Positions 47,701 to 56,826 are shown, counted from the first letter of the stretch. The stretch is 64,000 nt of DNA from Deltaproteobacteria bacterium (GCA_038150265.1 JAYOTF010000011.1:19274-83273), one strand, 5' to 3'. The notes: a model not told the origin generated them from the sequence alone. Numbers and translations: made by a program.

Positions 47701-48961
47701 GCTTGAGCGGGCTCCGCAGGGTCCGGCCCTGGTCCTGGCCCCGGCCTCGGTGGCCATCAACTGGACCCGGGAAATTGAAAAATTTGCTCCCACCCTCAGG
47801 CCCGTGCTGCTCGCCTCAGAAAACCGTCAGCAGGTTGTGCAGGAAGCGGGCGCCTTCGACGTCATCATCAGCAGCTACGGCCTGTTGCCTCAGGAAACCG
47901 AAACGCTGTGCAGCCGACGCTGGCGGACCCTGGTGCTTGATGAGGCGCAGGCCATCAAGAACGCGGCCACCAAGCGCTCTCAGTCGGTGATGAAGCTGGA
48001 GGCCGACTTCCGCATTGCCACCACCGGCACGCCTCTGGAAAACCACCTGGGCGAGCTGTGGAACCTGTTCCGCTTCCTGAACCCCGGCCTGCTGGGGTCT
48101 CGGGAACGCTTCCAGGAGCGCTTTGCCGGCCCGATTGAACGGGACCACGATGCAGAAACCCGGCAGCGCCTCCGCAAGCTGATCCGCCCCTTCATCCTCC
48201 GGCGCCTCAAGCACGAGGTGCTGGACGAACTTCCGCCCAAAACCGAGATTGTCCTCACCGTTGAGCTCAGCCCCGAGGAGCGGGTGTTTTATGAAGCGCT
48301 GCGGCAAAAGGCCCTTGAGGACCTTGAGAACACCTCCCAGCAACCTCCCGGCGCCCGAAATCTGCAGATCCTTGCCGAAATCACACGGCTCCGCCGAGCC
48401 TGCTGCCACCCGAAACTCGTGCTTCCGGAGACGCGGCTTCCGGGCTCAAAGCTGACCCTGTTTCAGGAGGTCCTCGGGGAGCTGCTGGCCAACCGGCACA
48501 AGGTCCTGGTCTTCAGCCAGTTTGTGGCCCACCTCGACATTCTGAGGGAGCACCTTCAGCAACACTCCATTGCTTATCAGTACCTTGACGGAAGCACGCC
48601 TCAGAAGCAGCGGCAGCAGGCCATTGATGCCTTTCAGAAGGGAGAGGGAGAGGTGTTTCTCATCAGCCTCAAGGCGGGAGGAACCGGCCTGAACCTGACG
48701 GCAGCCGATTATGTGATTCACATGGACCCCTGGTGGAACCCGGCAGTGGAGGATCAGGCTTCCGATCGGGCCCACCGCATGGGGCAGGAGCGCCCGGTGA
48801 CGATCTACCGGTTAGTCACTCAGGGAACCATTGAGGAGCAGATCGTCAGCCTCCACCATGAAAAGCGGGACCTTGCCAACAGCCTCCTCGAGGGCAGCGA
48901 CCGTCTCCATCGCCTCTCTCCGGAAGCCCTCCTGCAGCTCCTCAAGGAGGATCCGGCGTGA
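44744..48961 (+). CDS. SNF2/SWI2 family helicase with a long TPR-containing N-terminus
   Basis: LADDMGLGKT, DEAQAIKN, TGTPLENHLGELW, FILRRLK, SLKAGGTGLNLT, QASDRAHRMGQ. Start uncertain (44681 or 44744). Confidence 0.93.
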   Translation: MTLRLPALIGNKSTIEKQLNALSLVQKELLVNLMLVNESISKSNLFAKMSTVLFSEDTRNRTKLYKAWEQLERDGWFQRGEFNKQALLTPFARGAARVIGRSHPDLAKASALYRKHRQSHWGWWATQYHLDLDDSEERWLLGDPEGIEALLNKLEAGPSQATKPSKERDEEIEALLSKLSTDPIQSIKRDEEVDEELRLEIEINVMELLLNPWIPEQFSQLSVPHQFRMLHMALNSFVTLEFPVAQEVFEYAESLLHHVSSGGAILAGSLAIVYLRQGRWEQANALLNALPQDHFTYWQGRGTLEFMRGNYAEALDAYQQGFPLFNRGIRGRKHPLPGLAGNLMPLAMIGADPEKGIDAAVGFLQKLALTGRPFLKTLQSNLTATVPKLTDRDMEPDISARWLNLFLGYWSGDTQKRPYLSDPLLQTFQAHQFVWDLSQLVHLQHATKEPPFTSPRGFAKHGFGNLTELRPKEEEWERTLKTLSAFGKARSVSATRKTQQKRLAWVIDIRGEGITPVAQILNKSGNWTGGRAVALKRLKNGLPFMEEQDYQVASQVREYHHYYGAREYELPFEKAIPLLVGHPLLFQTGATELPLELVAGTPELLVQETAKGYQIKFPYQLKSDSSVVLQKETPTRYRVISFSQEQLDLLGAVEQKSVTIPLAGKEKLTQALENLSPIISITSPLGIGEEDLPEVPPSTRIHAHLLPLGEGLRLELLVRPLGDGGPYTQPGRGSTLWIGEVDQERKRTKRSLKKEQQEYNRVLAQAPLLSEWPHEQGEWRFEAPEDCLEILQELQELGEQVQVEWPEGQKLKLSRLVDFENLALRIKRHRDWFQVEGELRLSDEQTLSLQVLLNHLKQRRGRFVPIGDQEFLTLTDQFRKRLEELDAFTERSGNQLRLPDFAAPALEDWVESVGALEADPSWKERLNKLRDAQSLNPAVPSTLRAQLRDYQQEGFTWLTRLAHWDAGACLADDMGLGKTVQAIASMLERAPQGPALVLAPASVAINWTREIEKFAPTLRPVLLASENRQQVVQEAGAFDVIISSYGLLPQETETLCSRRWRTLVLDEAQAIKNAATKRSQSVMKLEADFRIATTGTPLENHLGELWNLFRFLNPGLLGSRERFQERFAGPIERDHDAETRQRLRKLIRPFILRRLKHEVLDELPPKTEIVLTVELSPEERVFYEALRQKALEDLENTSQQPPGARNLQILAEITRLRRACCHPKLVLPETRLPGSKLTLFQEVLGELLANRHKVLVFSQFVAHLDILREHLQQHSIAYQYLDGSTPQKQRQQAIDAFQKGEGEVFLISLKAGGTGLNLTAADYVIHMDPWWNPAVEDQASDRAHRMGQERPVTIYRLVTQGTIEEQIVSLHHEKRDLANSLLEGSDRLHRLSPEALLQLLKEDPA
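45182..45331 (+). repeat. Imperfect in-frame 75-bp tandem duplication inside the SNF2 gene
   Basis: IEALLNKLEAGPSQATKPSKERDEE / IEALLSKLSTDPIQSIKRDEEVDEE; ATCGAGGC and GGATGAAGAG recur. Confidence 0.75.
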
Positions 48962-48988
48962 AGCACCGACTCCGGACCGCAGATGCCA

Positions 48989-49516
48989 TCAATTACTGGA
49001 GGTGAAGTACGAGGTGAACAGCTGCGGGTCCAGCGTGCCGGAGTAGGCATACAGCTCCGGACCCTTGTCAAGAAGCCGGATGCTCAGCTCTAACGCACCG
49101 CCCGAAGCGAAGTGTTCCTTCATCTCAGACATGTGCCGCTGGAAGGCCCTGCGGTAAGCCTCCGGGTTGAAGGTCCGATTGAGAAACACGTTGTACAGCT
49201 CCGGATCTCGAAACGCAGGCAGCAACGCATCTCCTCGATCGTTTGCCACGAACGGATAGGTTTTTGCCTCCCCATCGAAGGAAATCTGTACCTCGTAGTG
49301 CGCTCCCGGCTCAAAGGTTTCCTCCTGACGGTGCCCCACCAAGTAGGAAAAGCCCTTGAATGCGGCCAAATAGTACCCGTCACTGAGACTCGCATAAAGA
49401 AACTCCTTGGTCTGCTGCGTCTGCGGGTCCTGACGCTTGTACACCTCCCACTTTGCATTCTGTGCCCAGAGCAAGGTGGGCACGCTCAGTAGGAGCACCA
49501 ATATTCCCTTCCACAT
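48989..49516 (-). CDS. Secreted hypothetical protein
   Basis: Signal peptide MWKGILVLLLSVPTLLWA; RBS AAGGGG; lower GC than neighbouring genes. Confidence 0.75.
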   Translation of the reverse strand: MWKGILVLLLSVPTLLWAQNAKWEVYKRQDPQTQQTKEFLYASLSDGYYLAAFKGFSYLVGHRQEETFEPGAHYEVQISFDGEAKTYPFVANDRGDALLPAFRDPELYNVFLNRTFNPEAYRRAFQRHMSEMKEHFASGGALELSIRLLDKGPELYAYSGTLDPQLFTSYFTSSN

Positions 49517-49696
49517 CGCTATCCCCTTTCCAGTTATTGAGTTTGTGTGGCAGGAAGAGTAGTGAATTCATCCGCACTTTTCAAACATTTTTTAACCATG
49601 AAAACAGATATTTGGCTAAGGCCTGAACACATCTTTCCTCCAGGGAAAATCGAGTGCCGGTAATTTTACAAAAATCCAGCAGCCGCTCCTCCGTAC

Positions 49697-49866
49697 CCCA
49701 TTTTGTCCTACCCTCCCAAGGCTCCTAAAAATGTCATTTTGAGACAAGCAGATACAGGCACCCGGACCTTCACTCAAATGTCCTCGTGAGAAAATCCGGT
49801 CAAAATTTTTGGTGGATCGGACAAAAAGCCCTCAGAGGTCCGGGACAAAATGGGACAAAACAGGAC
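49697..49866. repeat. Cluster of GG(A/T)CAAAA motifs including a 10-bp-phased tandem repeat
   Basis: Copies at 49701-49708 (reverse), 49798, 49819, 49843 and 49853; GGGACAAAAT-GGGACAAAAC-AGGAC. Confidence 0.6.
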
Positions 49867-49970
49867 GAAGGCGGAAGCAGCCCCCTGGGCCGCGTTGCGC
49901 TCGCGGCTCCGGGAAGGCCGATGTCACAGGAAACGGGCCCAGGGAGGAGAGTCGGAAGGGCGCTGGGCCT

Positions 49971-50825
49971 TCAGAAGAATTCAGATCCCAGGCGGAGGAT
50001 CAGGAGGCCGAGGAAGACCAGAAGTGCCGCCAGCAGCTGTCTTGGGTCAAAGCGCTCCTTGAGGAGCACCACGCCCAGGAGGGGAGTCAGCACCACGCTC
50101 GTCTCCCGGATGGAAGCCACCAGCGGGACGGGAGCATGAGCCATGGAATAGATCACCAGCCCGTAGGCGGTGGAGGAGAACACGCCTGCCAGGAGGCTGC
50201 CCCACCCCGCCTGCCGCACCCTGGCTCGGAACACCGGACCACGGCGCCACCAGGCCAGCAGCACCGCGGGAGGCGCTTCCCAGAAGATCAGCCAGCCGAT
50301 GTACGCGCCCTCGCTTCCGGACAGCCGGACGCCCGCCCCATCCACCAGCGTGTAGGCGGCAATGAAGCCACCGGTTCCCAGCGCATACGCCACGCCCTTC
50401 CAGTGAAACGCCTGCGGGCCACGGCGCAGCACCAGGCTAAAGAGCCCCAGCGAGATCACGCCCACGCCCACCCCTTCCGAGACCGTCAGTTGATCCGGAA
50501 GCCACACCAGGGCCAGCACCGTTGTCAACAGAGGCGCCGAGCCCCGGGCCAGTGGGTACACCTGCCCCAGCCCCCCATGCGCATAGGCCTGAATCAGAAA
50601 AAGGTTGTACCCGATGTGCAGCAGCACGGAAGCCAGGATGTGAGGCCAGCTCTCCGGATGCGGCAAGGGCAGCGGTCCGAGCAGAAGCGGTGTCACCAGC
50701 ACTGCTGGCACCAGGTGCAGCACCGCCAGGCTCACCAGCCGGTCCTCGCTCCGCTTGAGCAGCAGGTTCCAGGTTCCGTGAAGAACCGCCGCCAAGAGCA
50801 CCAGACCCAAAATTTCGTTGCTCAT
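49971..50825 (-). CDS. DMT/EamA family transporter
   Basis: AAVLHGTWNLLLK, GQVYPLARGSAP, IAAYTLVDG, ASIRETSVV, LLKERF; about 10 TM segments. Confidence 0.92.
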   Translation of the reverse strand: MSNEILGLVLLAAVLHGTWNLLLKRSEDRLVSLAVLHLVPAVLVTPLLLGPLPLPHPESWPHILASVLLHIGYNLFLIQAYAHGGLGQVYPLARGSAPLLTTVLALVWLPDQLTVSEGVGVGVISLGLFSLVLRRGPQAFHWKGVAYALGTGGFIAAYTLVDGAGVRLSGSEGAYIGWLIFWEAPPAVLLAWWRRGPVFRARVRQAGWGSLLAGVFSSTAYGLVIYSMAHAPVPLVASIRETSVVLTPLLGVVLLKERFDPRQLLAALLVFLGLLILRLGSEFF

Positions 50826-51087
50826 GAGGTTCCGCAAGCATGGCCCCTCCTCACGTCCCAACCCCATGTTTCGGACGCCTGAAGCAGCAGCAGGCTCCTC
50901 TAGTGTACGGCTTCTCTTCCGAAAGCACAATCGTGCTGTAAAAAATCACAAAAATTCCGTTTGCCCCCAGAGACCGCCGAATGTGGGGAGGGATTTCTGA
51001 AATTCATTTGCGATCTGTTAGCGTTTGCGATACAAACATCATCTTTAAGCCTCGTTCCCCTGAAACCTCATTTTTTGGAGTCGCCCC

Positions 51088-52164
51088 ATGAGCACCCAAC
51101 GCCGTACTCGCTTGACCCGACGATCCTTCCTCCAGGGCCTGGGGGCCGTGGCCGCAGGCCTCACCTTCTTGCCTCAGGAAGGCTGGAGCGCCGAAGAGAA
51201 GAAGCTGAACTTCTACAACTGGGACACCTACATTGGGGAAACCACGCTGCAGGACTTCCTGGATGCCACCGGGGTGGAAGTGTCCATGGACCTCTTTGCC
51301 GACAACGATGAGCTGTTTGCCAAGCTCAAGGAAGGCAACCCGGGGTACGATGTCATTGTGCCCACCAACGATTTTGTCGAGCGGATGATCCGGGCCAACA
51401 TGCTGATGAAGATCGACCGCGCGAAGATTCCGAACTTCAAGAACCTTGATCCGGCTTTCCAGGACGCCGCCTTTGATCCTCAGCGGACCTACAGCCTCCC
51501 CTACATGTGGGGCACCATCGGCATCGGCTACCGCAAGTCCCGGGTCTCTCAGGTCCCCACCAGCTGGGCCGCGCTCTTCAACTCCCCGGAGTACTCCGGA
51601 CGCATCTCCCTCATCAACAGCCCCTCCGAGACGCTGCCGGTGGTGCTCAAGTACCTCGGACACTCCCTCAACTCCACCGACCCGGCGGCCATCAAGGAAG
51701 CCGAGGAGATGCTCACCCGGCAAAAGGAGCACATCAAGGTCTTTGCCGAGGACAATGGACAGGACCTGCTGCTTTCGGGAGACGTGGACCTGGCCATGGA
51801 GTACAATGGCGACATCATCCAGGTTCAGGAAGAGGACGACGACATCGGCTTCATTGTTCCTGATGAAGGAACCCTCGTGTGGCAAGACTGCCTCTGCATT
51901 CCCACCGGTGCCCCGCACCCGGAAAATGCCCACGCCTTCATGAACTACCTCCTGGACGCCGAAGCGGGCGCCCTGATCGCCGACTACATCCAGTATGCGA
52001 CCCCGAACGCGGCGGCCAAGGCCAGGATGTCGAGCGAGTACCAGAACAACCCGGCCATCTTTCCCACAGACGCCGTGCTCCAGCGCAGCGAATCGGCAAA
52101 GTACCGGGGTGAGGCAACGCAACGCCTGTTTGACGAGGCCTGGACACGCATCTCCGCGTCCTGA
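51088..52164 (+). CDS. potD: Polyamine ABC transporter substrate-binding protein (PotD/PotF family) with a Tat signal
   Basis: TRRSFLQG twin-arginine motif; LNFYNWDTYI, GYDVIVP, PYMWGTIGIGY. Confidence 0.9.
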   Translation: MSTQRRTRLTRRSFLQGLGAVAAGLTFLPQEGWSAEEKKLNFYNWDTYIGETTLQDFLDATGVEVSMDLFADNDELFAKLKEGNPGYDVIVPTNDFVERMIRANMLMKIDRAKIPNFKNLDPAFQDAAFDPQRTYSLPYMWGTIGIGYRKSRVSQVPTSWAALFNSPEYSGRISLINSPSETLPVVLKYLGHSLNSTDPAAIKEAEEMLTRQKEHIKVFAEDNGQDLLLSGDVDLAMEYNGDIIQVQEEDDDIGFIVPDEGTLVWQDCLCIPTGAPHPENAHAFMNYLLDAEAGALIADYIQYATPNAAAKARMSSEYQNNPAIFPTDAVLQRSESAKYRGEATQRLFDEAWTRISAS

Positions 52165-52176
52165 GCCTTCCTAACT

Positions 52177-52200
52177 CGGGGGGCCTCGCCCCCCTCGTTT
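52177..52200 (+). terminator. Hairpin with a short U-run after the binding-protein gene
   Basis: CGGGGGGC-ctc-GCCCCCCTCG-TTT. Confidence 0.45.
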
Positions 52201-52229
52201 GACCACCCTCTCACTGGTGGACCTCCATC

Positions 52230-53147
52230 GTGGATTCCTGGCGCCGTGCTCCTCGCGTGTTCTGGGCTCTTGGCCTGCCGCCAACCTTCTGGCTGGTCGC
52301 CTTCTTCCTCGCCCCCCTCGGCCTCATCTGGGGCCTCAGCTTTGGGGAAAAGCAAGGCATTGTCGAAGTGGCCATCACCGGGACACTGGACAACTACATC
52401 CGGGCCCTCCAGCCCATCTACCTGCAGATCTTCCTCAAGTCGTTCTGGTACGCCGGGCTGACCACCTTCTTCTGCCTCGTTGTTGCCTTTCCCACCGCCC
52501 TCACCATCACCTTCGCCTCCGACCGCTGGAAGCCCATCCTCCTCCTGCTCGTCATCCTTCCGTTCTGGACCAACCTCCTCATCCGGACCTATGCCCTGAT
52601 TGCGGTGCTGCGGACCAACGGGTACCTCAACGACCTGCTCGAGGTGTTCTGGACGGCCGGAGACGGTTTCCTGACCCTGCTGGGCCTGGGGGACTGGCAA
52701 CTGCTGGGCGCCCGCTTCAATCCACTGGAGCTGCTCTACAACAACTTCGCGGTGGTGTACGGGCTCGTTTACGTCCACCTGCCGTTCATGGTCCTGCCCC
52801 TTTATGCCGCCCTGGACCGCCTGGACCGCAGTTACATTGAAGCCAGCCTCGACCTCGGCGCCAGCCAGTGGCGCACGTTCCGGTCCATCATCATTCCGCT
52901 GGCGCTCCCGGGCATCATCTCTGGCGTCATCATCACCTTCATCCCAGCGCTGGGTTCCTACCTGACCCCAGACCTGCTTGGAGGAACCGACAGCCAGATG
53001 ATCGCCAACGTCATTGAACGTCAGTTCAAGTCTGCCAATGACTGGCCCTTTGGCGCCGCTCTCTCCTTCTTGCTGATGTACCTGACCTTCTTTGCGCTCG
53101 CCGTCCGGGCGGTCTACAGCCGCCGCTCGGGATTGGAGGCCTCATGA
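52230..53147 (+). CDS. potB: Polyamine ABC transporter permease (PotB-like)
   Basis: LPFWTNLLIRTYA, LPFMVLPLY, EASLDLGA, DWPFGAA. Confidence 0.9.
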   Translation: MDSWRRAPRVFWALGLPPTFWLVAFFLAPLGLIWGLSFGEKQGIVEVAITGTLDNYIRALQPIYLQIFLKSFWYAGLTTFFCLVVAFPTALTITFASDRWKPILLLLVILPFWTNLLIRTYALIAVLRTNGYLNDLLEVFWTAGDGFLTLLGLGDWQLLGARFNPLELLYNNFAVVYGLVYVHLPFMVLPLYAALDRLDRSYIEASLDLGASQWRTFRSIIIPLALPGIISGVIITFIPALGSYLTPDLLGGTDSQMIANVIERQFKSANDWPFGAALSFLLMYLTFFALAVRAVYSRRSGLEAS

Positions 53148-53992
53148 AGCCCCGCACGCCCATGGGTCCGCTCGACTACGGACGCCGCACCTGGATGCGC
53201 CTGACGCTGCTCGCCACGTTTGTGTTCCTCTATGCGCCCATCGCGACCCTGGTGGCGTTCAGCTTCAACGACAGCCGCCGCAACATTGTCTGGCGCGGCT
53301 TCACCTTCAAGTACTACGGCAAGGCAGCGGGAAACGCTTCCCTCATGGAAGCCTTTGGCAACTCCCTGACCATCGCCTTCCTCAGCACCGCGGTCAGTGT
53401 CCTCCTCGGCACCCTGATTGCGGTGCTGCTCTGGCGGTTCCGGTTTCCCGGCAAGGCGGTGTACGAAGGGGCCATGTCGTTGCCGATTGTGATTCCGGAA
53501 ATCTGCATGGGGGTGGCGATGCTCGCCTTCTTCTCTCGTGTGGGCTGGCCCTCCGACCTGCCCTGGCCCCTGAACCTGGGCGCCATCACCATCGCCCACA
53601 TCTCCTTCAGCTTCCCCTTTGTTTCAGTCGTGGTCCGGGCCCGGCTCAGCAGCTTCAACCGCGAGCTGGAGGAAGCCGCCAAGGACCTGGGCGCAACCGA
53701 GTGGCAGGCCTTTCGCGATGTCCTCATTCCGCACATGAAGCCCGGCCTCATCGCGGGGGCGCTGCTGGCCTTCACGCTGTCGCTCGATGACTTTGTCATC
53801 ACCTTCTTCACCTCCGGACCCGACACGGTGACCTTCCCGATCAAGATCTACTCGATGATCCGCTTCTCGGTGACTCCGGAAGTCAACGCGGCTTCCACCG
53901 CTCTGATCGTCCTCACCCTCCTCCTCACGACCCTGGCCCTGTGGTACCAGAACCGCAGCGGCGAAAAACTGGAAGACTCTGCACATGGCTGA
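53144..53992 (+). CDS. potC: Polyamine ABC transporter permease (PotC-like)
   Basis: FLYAPI...FSFN, LEEAAKDLGA, AFTLSLDDFVITFF, PEVNAAST. Confidence 0.9.
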   Translation: MKPRTPMGPLDYGRRTWMRLTLLATFVFLYAPIATLVAFSFNDSRRNIVWRGFTFKYYGKAAGNASLMEAFGNSLTIAFLSTAVSVLLGTLIAVLLWRFRFPGKAVYEGAMSLPIVIPEICMGVAMLAFFSRVGWPSDLPWPLNLGAITIAHISFSFPFVSVVVRARLSSFNRELEEAAKDLGATEWQAFRDVLIPHMKPGLIAGALLAFTLSLDDFVITFFTSGPDTVTFPIKIYSMIRFSVTPEVNAASTALIVLTLLLTTLALWYQNRSGEKLEDSAHG

Positions 53993-55070
53993 AGCTCCTG
54001 TCATTCTGGAAATCCAGGATGTGGTCAAACGCTTTGGCAGCACCACCGCTGTCGATCACGTCTCCCTGCAGATCCGGGAAGGCGAGTTCTTTGCCCTCCT
54101 CGGCCCCTCCGGATGTGGGAAGACCACCTTGCTCCGGATGCTGGCCGGCTTTGAATTTCCGACCGAGGGCCACATTGCCATTGACGGAAAGCCCAGCCAG
54201 GACCTTCCTCCCAACCGCCGCCCTGTCAACATGGTCTTCCAGTCCTACGCCGTCTTCCCCCACATGAAGGTCGCCGACAACGTGGCCTATGGCCTGCGGG
54301 TGAGCGGGGTCTCGGAGCAGGAGGTCGGCCCACGGGTTCAGGAAGCCCTTGGGCTGGTGAAGCTCGACGGCTACGGCTCCCGGATGCCGGACCAGCTCTC
54401 TGGTGGTCAGCGGCAGCGGGTGGCCCTGGCCCGGGCGCTCGTGAAGCGTCCTCGGGTGCTGCTTCTTGACGAGCCCCTCTCCGCCCTGGACGCCAAGCTC
54501 CGGGAGGCCATGCAGCTAGAACTGGTGCGGCTGCAGCAGGCCGTCGGGATCACCTTTGTGATCGTCACCCACGACCAGGATGAAGCCCTCTCCATGGCCG
54601 ACCGCATTGCGGTCATGGAAGCCGGACACGTCCGCCAGGTCGCTCCTCCCAGTGTGCTCTACGAATCTCCCAACTGCCGATTCGTTGCCGACTTCATCGG
54701 GCGCATGAACCTCCTGCCCGGAGAGGTCCAGGGGCACGAAAACGGCATGCTGGCGGTTCAGACCGAGCGCTTCGGGTCCCTCCTCATTCCGCATCCGGAG
54801 GCGTTGCAGGGCAAGCTGTACCTGGCCGTCCGGCCCGAGAAGGTCCGGGTCTCGCCAGAACCGCTTCCGGCGCCCCAGCTTTCGTTCCGGGGCTGCGTGG
54901 AGGCCATCATCTACCATGGCAGCGAGAGCCACCTGTTCCTGAAGACCGAAGCCGGCCCCACGGTTGCTGCCACGCAGCTCAACCCAAGCCGCCACGCCCC
55001 ACGCTACGCCAAGGGCGACACCCTCTGGATCGGCTGGGCTCCTGAAGACACCCTGGTCCTGCCCGAGTAA
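53985..55070 (+). CDS. potA: Polyamine ABC transporter ATP-binding protein
   Basis: GPSGCGKTT, RRPVNMVFQSYA, LSGGQRQRVALARA, LLLDEPLSALDAKLR. Confidence 0.92.
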   Translation: MAEAPVILEIQDVVKRFGSTTAVDHVSLQIREGEFFALLGPSGCGKTTLLRMLAGFEFPTEGHIAIDGKPSQDLPPNRRPVNMVFQSYAVFPHMKVADNVAYGLRVSGVSEQEVGPRVQEALGLVKLDGYGSRMPDQLSGGQRQRVALARALVKRPRVLLLDEPLSALDAKLREAMQLELVRLQQAVGITFVIVTHDQDEALSMADRIAVMEAGHVRQVAPPSVLYESPNCRFVADFIGRMNLLPGEVQGHENGMLAVQTERFGSLLIPHPEALQGKLYLAVRPEKVRVSPEPLPAPQLSFRGCVEAIIYHGSESHLFLKTEAGPTVAATQLNPSRHAPRYAKGDTLWIGWAPEDTLVLPE

Positions 55071-55099
55071 CGCTTTCCTTCACTTCATTGAGATGGTTG

Positions 55100-55690
55100 A
55101 TGATTCCCCAACACCTCACGCTTCGGCTCCCTGACTGGGTGGCCGGCTTTATTGCTGAATTCACCTTCCCGCTGGCTTCCAACGAGGAGCGCATGCGCTT
55201 CGTGCTGGCCCTGACGGAACGCAACATCCGGGAGCAAACAGGAGGGCCCTTTGGCGCCGCTGTCTTTGAGCGAGTTTCCGGAAACCTGGTGTCAGTCGGC
55301 GTGAACGTGGTGGTCGCACAAGGCTGCTCAGCAGCACATGCTGAAATGATGGCCCTGATGCTGGCGCAACAGCAGTGCGGGAGCTTCGACCTCGCGGCCG
55401 AGTCCCTTCCGGACCATCAGTTGGTGACCAGCGGGAAGATGTGTGCCATGTGCCTGGGGAACGTCTGCTGGTCGGGAGTCAAAGAGGTGGTCTCTGCCGC
55501 TGAGCCTGAGGATGTGGAGTCGCTGACGGGCTTCGATGAAGGCCCCACACCTGCGGACTACAATGCTCAGCTGGAACGCCGGGGCATCCGCATCCTTCCG
55601 GAGGTGCTGCGGGAAGAAGGCCGCCGGGTGCTGCAGCTTTATGTGGAACAGGGAGGCACCATCTACAACCCGGCCCGCGCGACCTCCTGA
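55100..55690 (+). CDS. Zinc-dependent nucleoside/nucleobase deaminase (CDA fold, guanine deaminase-like)
   Basis: GGPFGAAVF, AHAE, MCAMC, GFDEG. Confidence 0.88.
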   Translation: MIPQHLTLRLPDWVAGFIAEFTFPLASNEERMRFVLALTERNIREQTGGPFGAAVFERVSGNLVSVGVNVVVAQGCSAAHAEMMALMLAQQQCGSFDLAAESLPDHQLVTSGKMCAMCLGNVCWSGVKEVVSAAEPEDVESLTGFDEGPTPADYNAQLERRGIRILPEVLREEGRRVLQLYVEQGGTIYNPARATS

Positions 55691-55804
55691 GCCACGCGGC
55701 TCCTGCCCCAGGCTGCGGCTGGCTTCCCAGCCTTGCAGGGCAATCGCATGAAACAAATGGCTGGACGAATGGGCTTGGCGGTTGGTGCGGACTGCCGCTT
55801 CGTG

Positions 55805-55831
55805 GTCATCCCAGCGCAGGCTGGGATCCAG
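55805..55831 (+). repeat. REP/RPE-like palindromic element (single arm)
   Basis: GTCATCCCAGC-GCAG-GCTGGGATCCAG resembles the widespread GTCATTCCCGCGnAGGCGGGAATCCAG repeat. Confidence 0.5.
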
Positions 55832-55975
55832 TCTGTGAACCGAGTGCCGTCGATTCATTGATGGCTCCAGCGAGGGAACCTCTCCAGCGAGTCACTCCTA
55901 ATTTTTTCAGGATCAGCAGGTGGCTTCCCTTCATGCGATTGCCCGGCCCGGCCTTGGCCTTCCTGCCATTTTCGT

Positions 55976-56806
55976 CTACGATTCTGTGAATGAACGGATG
56001 AGACGCTGCAACTCCGTGGCATCTCGGGCGGTGGTACACGCGTCCGGAGTGCCTGCCATCTCGCACAGCACCTGCTGAAGCGGCCCGTCTTCTGAAACGC
56101 CAAAACCGATGGTCCGGACCACCACCTCTGGAAACCGCTGACGGGCCTGCAGCACCTGCTGGAGGGTGAAGCCGGAGAGCTGGTCATCCTGGCCATCGGC
56201 CAGGACCACCACCACCTGCCGACGTCGAGCGCCATCCGGGACCTGGTACGCGGAGCTCTGGAAGTAGTTCACGGCCTTGTGCACGGCCTGGTAGAGGTTG
56301 GTGCCGCCCCGCGTCTCCAGCCCGTCCAGCTGCTTCAGGAGGTGGTTCCGGACTGGGGAATCGGAGGAGCCAATCGGCTCAAACACCACCTCGCGAGCCG
56401 TCGCGGGCACTTCCGGAGAGTTGGGAAGCTGCGTGATCCGAGCATTGAAGGTCCAGAGCTGAAAGCGGGTGCCGGGCTGCATGTTCCGGGCAAAGTACCC
56501 CAGGGCTTCCCGGGCGGCGTCCCACTTGCTTTGCTTCTGTCCGGAAAGGTAGGCGTCCATGGAGCCCGAGGCATCGAGCAGGAAGATCACATCGGAAATC
56601 GACAGCGGTTCCGGAACCACCGGCGGAGGTTCGGGTTCCGGCTCGGGTTCCGGGGGCAGCGGTGGAGGCGGAGGCAAAACAGGAGGAGGCACCACCTCCG
56701 GAGCCGGGGGCTTGGGGGGTGGGGGTGGCGTCACAAAGAAGTCGGTGCCCTGAGCCCACAAGGAGGAGGCGCTGAGGAGCGCCAGCAGCATGATGAAAAA
56801 ACGCAT
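55976..56806 (-). CDS. Secreted von Willebrand factor A domain protein with a Pro-rich linker
   Basis: Signal peptide; PPPPP/PEPEPE tract; MIDAS motif LLDASGSM, GGTNL, LADGQD. Confidence 0.88.
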   Translation of the reverse strand: MRFFIMLLALLSASSLWAQGTDFFVTPPPPPKPPAPEVVPPPVLPPPPPLPPEPEPEPEPPPVVPEPLSISDVIFLLDASGSMDAYLSGQKQSKWDAAREALGYFARNMQPGTRFQLWTFNARITQLPNSPEVPATAREVVFEPIGSSDSPVRNHLLKQLDGLETRGGTNLYQAVHKAVNYFQSSAYQVPDGARRRQVVVVLADGQDDQLSGFTLQQVLQARQRFPEVVVRTIGFGVSEDGPLQQVLCEMAGTPDACTTARDATELQRLIRSFTES

Positions 56807-56826
56807 TGCTTGAATCACAGACGAAA

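Noticed and set aside
41349..49970. Prophage or integrative element around parA and SNF2
   Set aside because: No integrase, att repeats, tRNA or phage structural genes; interspersed with ordinary metabolic genes such as ALDH7.
56610..56735. G-rich repetitive tract (GGTTCCGGCTCGGGTTCC..., GGGGGT repeats)
   Set aside because: Explained by the Pro/Glu-rich linker of the vWA protein; not a CRISPR or independent repeat.
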